A stretch of 64,000 bases of DNA, taken from the NCBI GenBank assembly GCA_964199315.1, contig OZ116707.1:23188001-23252000 (forward strand), read 5' to 3'. Positions 10,174-20,560 of the stretch are shown here, one piece after another (the stretch's first letter is position 1; the number at the start of each line of letters is the position of its first letter). The DNA comes from Orbicella franksi. Its lineage: Eukaryota. Under the pieces are notes generated by a model. That model did no database searches. It was given only the letters and a program-made list of their open reading frames with translations, and was not told the DNA's origin. The translations under genes were made by a program, and so were the position numbers.

Positions 10174-12186
10174 TGATGTTTCAGATTTCTGTCCGCTGTA
10201 ACGTAGGAAAAAGCAAAGTCTATCACTTGAAATGAAATGAAATCTACCACGCAACTATAAGTAACAATTCTTCCAAGAAAAATGCCAATCAAAATTGAAA
10301 CGCATTTAGACCAAACAAATCGGCGTCATAAATCACAATGATGATAGTTGCAAAAGTAACTAGAAAAGGAAACAAAAATGAATGTCAATGACTGATATCG
10401 CCAAACGTACTGATCAAAAATGTTCCTTTATGTTTTTCCCCTTCGTCCCATCTACACATAAACCAGTGCTTCATATCCTGAAGATTGTTTGCTGGGCCCC
10501 AACATGATATCAGAACAAACCATTGTTGAAATTAAATTGCTATGAACAAAGGCCCATAGCTGCTTTAATAAAATTATGTTTTGAGATCATGATCAAGTTA
10601 CAAGGAACAAAATTAAATATTTTTCTGGCCCAGTAAAGGTGACGGCACTCAAAAACGAAACTGCAAAACAACAACCCAGAATTTGCTGAGAGGACAAACT
10701 AGGGCAGGGTTGGGAAGGGAAAAACACTCCTTCCCCAGTGAGTCAAAGAATTGACTGACACGACGGCAATTGACTGTGCAATGGTAATGCATGCCCCTAG
10801 AGGGGACATCCTTTGATATAGCCCCATGACCTCTCGGCACATGCCCGGATGTTGACACGCAACCCGTAACGCAACAAGATAATTTAAGATTAGATTGTCA
10901 GGGAAAAACATAAAAATCCTATTCGCAAGCAAATATTTAAATTACACTACAAAAACTTTCCATTATTGGTGCGGGCGTGCGGACTTGGGCGACGAGGCGT
11001 GAAAAAAAAAAACATGCGCAATGCTCGAATGCGTGAGTATTATAAACGGGATACAAAAGCAATCAAATTGCAGTAAAAACAAAAACGATCACATTTCTTT
11101 ATGTCTAACGAAACTGTTATAATTCCACAAATAGCGAGTTATACTCTATGACCTCTATAGACAGCCATCGCCTTGTTGATGGGAAATCTATAATGGAAAT
11201 AATATTGACATCGTCGATTTTCATTTAACTGATATATGGTTTTTCTAAAACAGTTGTCTGGATTAGGATCCCTCATGTCGTTTGTCCTTATTTACGTTCT
11301 TGCAAAGCAAACGTAAGAGAAATAAGCCTTCAATCCCGAAGTTCTGATGCCCGAATCATGAGCGTTTTTCCCGAAAAATTTCAATTTCTGAAACTGGGGG
11401 GCTTAAGACTCTTACCTACCCGTCGAAACCCCAGCCTGAAGGCCTGTGCATCTCACCAGAGGAAATTGGACACGGTCCGAAATGTAGTATGGGAGGTGCC
11501 ATTGACCAATGAGAGGCCTCGCTCTCTCTGGACACGGTCCCTCGACTCGAGTGCAAAGGGAAGCATAGTGTGTTGTTTTTCAGCGATTTTACCCATAAAG
11601 TAGCAGCAAACGAACTGTTGAGCACTTCACAAAAAGGGAAGTGATTAAGGCTACTGTATGGACCTTTTGTTGCGATATATTCGCTGGATAACTAGGAATA
11701 ACGTTGCCCTTAAGTGCTATATTCCAAAATGGCGTCTTGTTTTCGAGCAACCGTAGTGGGTTGATTCAGTCGCGTTCTGTATAAAGATGGTTGAAAGCTA
11801 GAAGCCGAAAATCTCATGAATTTAATGTTCGATTCATATATTATACTTTCTTGGGAAAGCGCCCCATAGCACCCCTAACGTTTTGGGCTATTTGAGTTTA
11901 AAAATGGGTGAATTTTAGAGTAAATAACATAGCAATGACACCTTGATTTGCTGATTTCATTGAAAACCAGCCGTCAAATAGAGCGAAGGTAGACGCTAGT
12001 TTAAAAGTTATTTTCTTACGCCAGAAGCCAAGATATCAATATATATCTTAAGAAGTGTGGAGAAAATTGGTGTTTCATTCTTTCCATTATGATTTTAGCC
12101 TAATTTGATGTTGTTGTTGGAAATTAGTACAATGATTTTTTACAGGTAATCCAGGGATCAGTTGTCTCTTAGACTATATTATGAGG

Positions 12187-12484
12187 TAAAGGTAAAGTCT
12201 GCATGCGAGTCAAGTGGCCCATCAGGCCGGAGCTTATCCCGGTTTCTGTAGCATGAAGCGACTAGGAGTATTTCTACTCCCCCCTGGATGGGATGCTAGT
12301 CCATCGCAGGGTTACCCCCAGCATTACGTTCGCCGGTACCCATTTATACACCTGGGTGGAGAGAGGCACTGTGAGAGTAAAGTGTCTTGCCTAAGAACAC
12401 AACACAATGTCCCCGGCCAGGGCTCGAACCCGGACCGCTCGATCCGGAGACGAGCGCACTAACCATGAGGCCACCGCACCTGCC
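12187..12484 (-). mobile_element. Full-length tRNA-derived SINE
   Basis: Minus-strand head GGTGCGGTGGCCTCATGGTTAG (A box) ... GGTTCGAGCCC (B box), a body and an (ACCTTT)n tail. Flanked by the direct repeat TATGAGG (12180-12186, 12485-12491). Confidence 0.88.
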
Positions 12485-13027
12485 TATGAGGCAAAATATG
12501 AAATCATTTATATATTCAGTTCAAGAAATTCCTTTGTTGTTTCTGTGTTCTTGATTTTTTCACGCGCATATATCGGGTTCAATACAATCAGGTTAATATT
12601 CTTGTACACATAGGTCAATATTTCTTGCAATTCTTGTTTTCAACAAGGGTCAGAGTTTACATAACTGATCAAAGAACTGATTTCTTTGGTGGTTATTAAT
12701 TCATAACCGGTTTTATGACCAGGAGCTGTGAAAGGAAACGAGATAGTCCCTGTTGATATGCTCTCTTTACAAAGTAGCTTTGAGTATGGTTTATGAGCCT
12801 GATGAGTTTCCCTTTGCGAAGAAACAGCTTTGAATCTTTAGATGATTTAATTTCATGTTTTGGAAAATTTTGCTCCAAATTATTAGCGTATTAGGTTGTT
12901 TAATGCAGTATTCTTTTGTTCATTTCTTGACTGCTAGTTTCAATCTGGAAGATGTTTATAATATTTTTTTAATCAGGAAGATTGCTCTGGATTGTTCTGT
13001 TTCTGCACTACGGAATTATTTGGTCGC

Positions 13028-13032
<5 letters not shown>

Positions 13033-13116
<84 letters not shown>

Positions 13117-13117
13117 G
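13033..13117. repeat. (CT)n microsatellite
   Basis: Direct reading. Confidence 0.98.
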
Positions 13118-13338
13118 TCTTTTGAATTACAGTTTTTTCTTTTAATTTATTTATTTCCACAATTACATCAATTGCAATTATTTTTTCAACAATTAATTTA
13201 CTGAAGAATGAATAAAGTTTGGTTACAAAATTTAACAATGACACCCTATTGAATTAGTTATGAAAATAGATAATGTAAATTCTTTTCTACATACTTATTT
13301 AACTTAACGATTTTCCTTAATGGTAGCGTTTTCTGACT

Positions 13339-13885
13339 TTAATTATTAGATAAAATTGTTTCCTCAAAAATCTTCCACTTTTCTTTAAACAAATCCATTT
13401 TATTCAATTTGAAGTATATATGTTTTTCAGTTTCATATTTGATTACCAAAATTCTTAAAAAGTGATTCAAGGAAGGTAATATTTCTTTACATCGACAAGT
13501 CCACAAGAAAGATTTTCCTAAAATTACTATATAATTAAATATATCCATCTCCTCCTCCTAAGACCCAACAATAACATCGCAATATGTAAGCGAGAGGCTT
13601 CTGCAACTCTTGATTTTACTCAAAATTTTTTCATTAACCTCATGCCAAAAAGAATTTGAAAAAGAACAACCGAACAAAATATGGGATATCGTTTCTGATA
13701 GCTGATGACAGAAGGTGCAGTTGGGATTAGAAACGTATCCTATTTTACACAGGCGGTCATTAGTAAACAGAACAGAATTCAACACTTTGTACTGAAACGA
13801 CCGTATATACGGTTCATTAGCAACCTTCACTGGCAAAAGAAATGCCCCTGAAACTTGCTTATCGTCAAGGCTAAATTCGTTCTTT
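13339..13885 (-). mobile_element. L1/Tx1-clade LINE 3' fragment (ORF2 C-terminal zinc-binding region)
   Basis: FQYKVLN..LFTNDRLCKIG..NPNCTFCHQLSETISHILFGC..FW is typical of the zf-RVT region. The two track ORFs are in frame and separated by one TAG at 13558-13560. Confidence 0.85.
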
Positions 13886-14459
13886 AGCTTAACCCGTTTA
13901 CTTCGCTTTTTTTTTTGCCATCTCTCTTACCCGTGTACATAGTACTTATCTCATATTGGCACAAGGCCAGGTTTGAAATCAGTGCTAGTTTGGGTTGCCT
14001 AGAATTATAGGATAGTTGATGGATGTTTTCAGGACAGCCTGATTTTTCGAGGCAATATTTCAAAAAATCGAGATAAACACTACACAATAGTCAATATTTC
14101 TTTCAATTACTGTGAAAATCTTAAAATCATCGATCTTTAGTCTATACCACACAAGCGAATAGAACTTTCTGCGCATTCTAGTTGGCTGGCTCGGAGGTGA
14201 ATAGCAAGCACTATTCTGTCCTGAGTCTATGGACTTAATGTGAAGCAAAAATGATTTGACTCCAGTGTACGGCCGGTAATGAAACATTGCATTACAATGT
14301 TTTCATTCTGAGATGACATAACACCGGAATTGGACTAATGTCAGGGACAAAAGGCCATTCTTAGGTACAACTGGACATAAAAATCAATTTTGAACCCTGC
14401 ATGAAATACAGGTAAAGTGATGGACAGCATGTTCCAATTGTCTCTTTTTTTATATATTT

Positions 14460-14593
14460 TCAGTGGCGGATCACGACTTTGAGCCAAGGAAGGGGAGGGT
14501 TTTTTTTTCTTACCTTGCGACTTTTCTTCCCTCTGCGATATTTTTTTTTTACCCAAAATAAGGGGGGGAGGGCTCCCCTAGATCCGCCACTGA
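14460..14593. mobile_element. Small MITE with 13-bp perfect TIR
   Basis: TCAGTGGCGGATC ... GATCCGCCACTGA; no clear TSD. Confidence 0.7.
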
Positions 14594-15827
14594 TTTTAAC
14601 TATACTAAGATTTAGAATTTACTGCTTTGTAAAAATGGGGCTAGAATATGGCCATATGATCACCGTTTGCTTTCTTGGGGATTTGCCAGCTTTAAATTGC
14701 TTTTCGATGCTCTACCCTCTTCAAAGACAGACCAGGACTCTCATTTACAAGAGAAGTGAACAGTCATTTGGTGTGGTCTGGCTGTGTAGTCTTAACTTCT
14801 TTTCCACCATAATAGACATTATTTTGTCAATCTGAGCAGTGTGACTGCCACCAGTTCTCAAGCTTACCTACATTTAACATATAAACGTAAAATCCTCATT
14901 GTATAGGTAACCCCCCATCCCCAAGTTTGTTGTGACGTGCTTGATTGTATTTCCAATCATTATTTTAGCGATTACCTGAAATATCACTTTACAAACAGAA
15001 GTGATCTGAGGTAAAGTGTCTAACTGAATTAGTTTTTGTGGAACATAAATGTACATATAACTGCAGTTACTAGATTTATTTTCCAAGCCTTCTTACTGTG
15101 CTGCCTGCAGGTTGACTCTCGGGGTGGTTCATGATGTAGTCCACTTTCAATGACTTCCTTTGTTGGTTGTTTTACAGATTATCCCACCACGGTAGTTTCA
15201 CTCCCTTGAACCGGTTCTGAACCCGTGTTAAATGGATTTATTAAATGAAAGAGTGCGAGAAATGAAATGCACTAAATCTCAGGCAACGATACACTGACCA
15301 AAAGTTGACATAAGGCCAGGTCTGACAAATACCGTTCTCTTGAGTTCCGTGTAAAGTAATAAAGGACAACTTTTGAGCCATAAATGTAAGTAACATGCAG
15401 TATCTAAGCATTGACATATACGTTACAAAGAAGCAAAATATATAGAGAAAATATCGGCGAAGATCCATCGGCGTCCGCAGGATTGATCGATCGATGGTGC
15501 ATGGACATAATCGAACGGCAAAAAGCACGGTTTTACTGCCTTAGTCAATCAGCACGTGTTGGTAAGGTAACCCAAACAAATGTGGAGCAGAATAACGTTG
15601 GAAGTCTGGCGTTGAAATGGAAAATACGAGAGAAATTCCGCTTTTCACAGATTTTAAGTCGCCTGAACAGAGATCCGAACAGCACGAGGGCTCACGTCAA
15701 CTGAAACGTGGTGCAATATTTACCCAAGCTGCATTTCGAACCGTGTCCAACTCCCCTGGCATCTCACCAAACCCATGACTAGCTTCTTTCGATGGAAAAA
15801 TTTACATTTCTTTTAAAGTTTGATCAT

Positions 15828-16066
15828 TAACTTTCGTTTGCGCTTAATGTTGGAGGTGTCCTCTGTCACTCTGCTCAGACAGCAACAATTAGTTCTACTA
15901 TAACTGGGCAGGGTCGGATGCTTTGATTGAAAACTTGTATACTTTTGCAGTTTGTACGTGTTGTAGTCTTATTTGCATTAAAGTAGATGTGTTGAAGTCA
16001 TACATGACAATAGGAAAAACACCTTACATCTCTGTTTAACCACCATCTTTTGTGATCATTCAAATA
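15828..16066. repeat. ~240-bp dispersed direct repeat, copy 1 (copy 2 at ~20755-21027)
   Basis: GCGCTTAATG.TGGA.GTGTCC ... GCAGGGTCGGAT ... ATACTTTTGCAGTTTGTACGTG ... GAAGTCATACATGACAATAG ... TCTTTTGTGATCATTCAAATA is shared by both copies. Confidence 0.9.
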
Positions 16067-16265
16067 GGCCCGTTCTTAAAAGTATCTCATTTACATCTGA
16101 ACGCCGTTTTCTATTGTTGCTGAAGAAGGCTACAATGCCTTTATAAATTTATTTAATTAGTCAGTGGAAACATTTTTGTTTAGTTTCATGCCTCACTACA
16201 ACTACGATATTTTGAAGACGAAATAGGTGTGTTCTTACAGAACCGATCACAATTGTCTCTTTCAT

Positions 16266-17204
16266 CTACTTTACCTCAATTTCCGAGGCACAACCCATTT
16301 CAGTTTCAACTGTTATTTTTCTTTGACGAATCTGTTGTCTTAGTTGAGTAGCCGATGAACTTGCCATTTCTTTAATTCTTGCTTTCCAACTATCTTTAAA
16401 CGATGGCAGTCGAAAGCAGTAAATAACCGGATTGACCAAAGACTGTACAGCAAACAGGAGCATCACTCCTCTGATGCCTGTAACCGATAACTTGTAGCAA
16501 TTTTTGCAGACGCCACCAATGGACAAATACAATACGGGAGTGCCCCACGTGATTAAGAAGGCCCCTCCCACCAGTAAGAGAGTCACAGCCAGGGCTTTAT
16601 CCTGTTTTGCTGAGGCACCAAGTCTGCGTTGTTTTCTGCGTCGAACTGTTATCCAGATGCACACGTAACAAGTAACTGTCGTGAGACTTATCCCGCCGAT
16701 AATGATTGGTAATAAAAGGGGAGCAAATTTTCTTATCTGCCAAAAGCCACTCCATTGTAACGTTATAACTGCCGTCACCAGAGTTGACAGAATCCAAATT
16801 ACCAAAATAGCTGTTTTGTAAACGCTACTGTTCATCACTCGGTGACGTATGGGCCAAATGATCGCATGCATTCGTTCTACGGCAATGACGCCAAGAGTGA
16901 AGAGGGAAGCTGTTTTCAGAAACGTAGTCAAAACTTTATGCACATAGAAAGAAGTTATTGTTGGATCCAATAGATAAAGCATCGTTGCTGGAATCGCTGT
17001 AACTCCATACAAAAGGTCAGCGACGGCAAGGTTGATAACCATCACGTGTTTTCGAGTTCTGAGTGATGACGTTTTTAAGCAAGTGTACAACGTCAAAGTG
17101 TTTACGACAATGACAATGGTGCCCACCACTGCATAAGCCACAGTCCAAACGACCCAAAGATTTGGTTTTGATTCTAAAGACTCTCCAGCCCGTTGAGGCT
17201 TCAT
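16266..17204 (-). CDS. Class A GPCR, 312 aa, single coding exon
   Basis: 7TM; NLAVAD, VERMH, TWGTP, NPVIY. First ATG is at 17204 (the track's TTG start at 17213 is unlikely in an animal). Acceptor TTTTCCTTTTTTACACCTAG ends at 17223. Confidence 0.93.
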   Translation of the reverse strand: MKPQRAGESLESKPNLWVVWTVAYAVVGTIVIVVNTLTLYTCLKTSSLRTRKHVMVINLAVADLLYGVTAIPATMLYLLDPTITSFYVHKVLTTFLKTASLFTLGVIAVERMHAIIWPIRHRVMNSSVYKTAILVIWILSTLVTAVITLQWSGFWQIRKFAPLLLPIIIGGISLTTVTCYVCIWITVRRRKQRRLGASAKQDKALAVTLLLVGGAFLITWGTPVLYLSIGGVCKNCYKLSVTGIRGVMLLFAVQSLVNPVIYCFRLPSFKDSWKARIKEMASSSATQLRQQIRQRKITVETEMGCASEIEVK

Positions 17205-17781
17205 GGATGACAATTCGCGGATCTAGGTGTAAAAAAGGAAAAATTTTTTTGGTTAAATCTACTATTAGATCTTTATATGAAATCCTGGAAGCTCAGACTA
17301 ACGTGTTGACGCAAAATCAGAAATAACACATTGCGTGACTGTCAGTAAATATCGAGCATTGCTAGGTTTTTCTCGGCTTACGAAGGTACCTATTGATCGA
17401 GCGTAACAAAAGCTAATGTATCTCGTTTTCGGGAAAAACCCTCGTATGAAGATTGTCATAAAGATTGTTTTTAAATTTTCTATTTGCCATTCTGTCTCCT
17501 TCGTTCGAAAACAAATCCACGCAGAAGTTTGGACGTGTTCAGTTTCGACAGTTTTTATTATTAATAATTTATACTTTTTTATGAAAACTGAAACAATTCA
17601 GTTCAAGTAATTCAGAACAGTAGCAACAAATAACATGTTTAACGGCTATACATTATTACATATATCATACATAAATAAATTATCTCCCAGACTGGCCAAA
17701 GTATATTTTCGCTTTAAAAATATATCTGTCATCAAAACTGAAATTATACTATATGGATATGCTTGGAATCATTCTTTTAAA

Positions 17782-17965
17782 ACACTTTACTCTCACAGTG
17801 CCTTTCTCAGCCAGGTTTATAAATGCGAATTTAATGCGAATTTAATGCTGGGGGTAACCCTGCGATGGACTGGCATCCCATCCAGGGGGGTAGAAATAGT
17901 CCTGGTCGCTTCATACAACGGAAACCGGGATAAGCTTCGACCTGATGGGGGCTTCATGGCACACA
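17782..17965 (+). mobile_element. 5'-truncated SINE, same family as 12187-12484
   Basis: ACACTTTACTCTCACAGTGCC ... AATGCTGGGGGTAACCCTGCGATGGACT.GCATCCCATCCAGGGGG ... GAAACCGGGATAAGCT matches the full copy; the tRNA head is absent. Confidence 0.88.
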
Positions 17966-18264
17966 TGTCCATCCACACATGTCCAATATACACAAACAGA
18001 TACCAATCGTCGAAACACCCTCAACAATCGTACCATTAATTAGTAAATGATCACTATTCGTCAAAGTAGCCTTGTCGATTGGTGCCATTGCATTGGTACC
18101 ATTGGTACAAATCGATTCCAACGGAAAAGTAGTTAGTCGATTGGTATACCATTTGTAAACTGCATATATTAACAACCGAGGGCCGCGCGTAAACTACTTG
18201 TTGATTGGTGCCATTGGTATCAATGGTAACGATGGAAAAGTAGACAGCCGATCGGTATGCCATT

Positions 18265-19099
18265 TGTATTTGCATAAATTGTGCGATCCCAAAAGCGCTA
18301 AACGAATACAATATGTATATTCTTCGTTCTTAAAGAGTGCGAGACCAAACACACGCTAAATACAATGCCCTACATACCATATGTAAATTCTTCGTTCTTA
18401 AAGCGTGCGAGCCCAAACACACGCTAAATACAATTTATATTCTTCGTTCTTAAAACGTGCGAGCCTAAAGACACACTAAATACAATGTATATTCTTCCTT
18501 ATTAAAGCAAGTATAAACACACGCTAAATACAGCGTGCGAGCCCAAACACACGCTAAATACAATGTCCTACGTACAATATGTATATTCTTCGTTATTAAA
18601 CCGTGCGAGCCCAAACACACACTAAATACATACAATGGATACTCGTCCTTATTAAAGCGAGCCCAAACACACGCTAAATACAATTTATATTCTTTGTTCT
18701 TATGCTATTTGTGTTTGCATAAAGTGTGGGAGCCCAAAAGCGCTAAATAAATACAATATGTATATTCTTCGTTCTTAAAGTGTGCGAGCCCAAACACACG
18801 CTAAATATTGTATTTAGCGTGTGTTTGGCCTCGCACACTTTAAGAACGAAGAATATACATATTGTATTTATTGAGCGCTTTTGGGCTCCCACACTTTATG
18901 CAAACACAAATGGGATAAGAACCAAGAATATAAATTGTATTTAGCGTGTGTTCATACTTGCTTTAATAAGGAAGAATATAAATTGTATTTAGCGTGTGTT
19001 TGGGCTCGCTTTAATAAGGAAAAATATACATTGTATTTAGTGTGTGTTTGGGCTCGGACGCTTTAAGAACGAAGCATATCAATTGTATTCAGCGTGTGT
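18265..19099. repeat. Fold-back minisatellite: ~52-bp unit, ~10 forward then ~6 inverted copies
   Basis: Unit approximately GCGTGCGAGCCCAAACACACGCTAAATACAATTTATATTCTTCGTTCTTAAA. Orientation flips at 18808-18810 (CGCTAAATA-TTG-TATTTAGCG). Confidence 0.92.
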
Positions 19100-19122
19100 A
19101 ATTCGGCAAGAAGATACTTTGT

Positions 19123-19323
19123 TACTGCGCCTTTCCTAGCTTCCGACTACTGCCGAGCACTGTTTCGTTGTTTGAACTGTGCTCAATGATTTGATTACCG
19201 CGCGCTCGGCACTATAGTCGGAAGCGGGAAGGATCCGCCGAACATTTGATTGACGGTAGCGAAAAATACATTTGTCGGTTGAGCTTTGAATTTTAGAGTC
19301 CGCATGTTACTGAAGGCGCAGTA
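19123..19323. repeat. Small element with nested inverted repeats
   Basis: Outer TACTGCGCCTT (19123-19133) / AAGGCGCAGTA (19313-19323); inner CTTCCGACTACTGCCGAGC (19140-19158) / GCTCGGCACTATAGTCGGAAG (19204-19224). Confidence 0.6.
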
Positions 19324-20039
19324 CGCTTACATGAGTGGAGAAGTATGTTACTTCAGTTATCAATTATTTTTATACCAAGAGTTGAGAAGGGAAGGCCAAG
19401 TTCTTTCACTGTTCAACTGCTACCCATATTTTTGACAATCACGCTCAAGAAAAGTCAAGAAAACCCGCCATAAAATTACGTGCATTGAACATTACTTTTT
19501 ACTTAAGAGTGTACTTCGATTTTCAAAAGATTAACCGCGCGATTTTGAAAGTTTTAATAAAGCACCGTTGTCAATGTACAACAACAAGAACTTTTATTTG
19601 TACATTTTATAGACAGAAAAATAAATTAACTAATAAATAAATAAATCGATGGATAAATAAATAAATAAACATAAATAAATAAGTTGTCAGTTCAGGCATT
19701 AGTTATCCTCTTAGTCTAGTTTCAGTAATTAATCTGAAGACTGTATTTTGTAAGGGGAATATCTTTAAATAATTTTTAATTCAGCTCGAAAAAATATACT
19801 GTTATAAGATTTCAAGATATCCTTCGGTTCAGGTTGTCTTCATTTACATGAAAACCCTCACTAGTTTTTTTCTTCTTTGATCTGGGGCAGCATCTGATAC
19901 CATTTTTTAATGTTGTTTCATGCTCTTAGACCATCGTTGTACAGTATACGGTTACAGAGTCAAAAAGTAAGAGGAACTTCTCCGTAGAGCATGCATATCA
20001 TGCGATCATTAACTCACTCGTTAAACTCAAGTCTTCAAT

Positions 20040-20560
20040 TAAGCGTTGGCAATTTTAATTTCTGTTGTTGTTTGTCTTTTCCCTGGATACCTTTTTGACT
20101 CGAAATTCCCCGCGTCTCGTATTGACCTTACTCTCAAGCTAACTCTAAACGTAGGCAATCTCAAGGAGTAAATAAGTGGGTTGATAAGCGACTGGACAAC
20201 AGACACAAGTAGTACGCATCTGCAAACTGTCGGGGTTGGCTTGTAGCAATTTTTGCATATCTCCTACTGAGAAATAGAGAGATAAAACGTGGGAATACCC
20301 CAGCCAATTAGGAAAATCCTGTTACCATAAGCAGAGTAACTGCTAAGCTGCTGTCTCGTCTGACGGCAGCAATTCCCAGTTGACGTCGCTTTCTCCGTCG
20401 AAATGACATCCAAATGGATAAGTTACAGACAACTATCGCGAAGGTCGCCGTTGTGATCACCTGTGCCGTTAAAGGCGATGAAATAAAGGCTCTTCTATTG
20501 CCATAGTTGCTGTTAAGACAGCCGATAAAACCCAAATAACGACAAGGGCTATTTTGTAAA
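20040..20560 (-). pseudogene. 5'-truncated duplicate of the GPCR pseudogene at 9280-10173
   Basis: Colinear match to ~9280-9800 (RRRKRRQLGIAAVRRDSSLAVTLLMVTG; CKNC; INPLIY-like), broken off at ~20565. Confidence 0.87.

Noticed and set aside
12410-12484. tRNA gene
   Set aside because: It has A and B boxes but no complete cloverleaf, and it runs into a SINE body and tail.
14690-15230. Minus-strand exon-like segments with GTAAG donors
   Set aside because: In-frame stops, no consistent phase chain and no recognisable protein.
17205-17213. TTG/GTG starts in the ORF track (17213, 5929)
   Set aside because: Prokaryote-style starts; better ATGs exist at 17204 and 5855.
18265-19099. CRISPR-like repeat array
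   Set aside because: Eukaryotic context, no unique spacers, no cas genes; the units are contiguous degenerate minisatellite copies.
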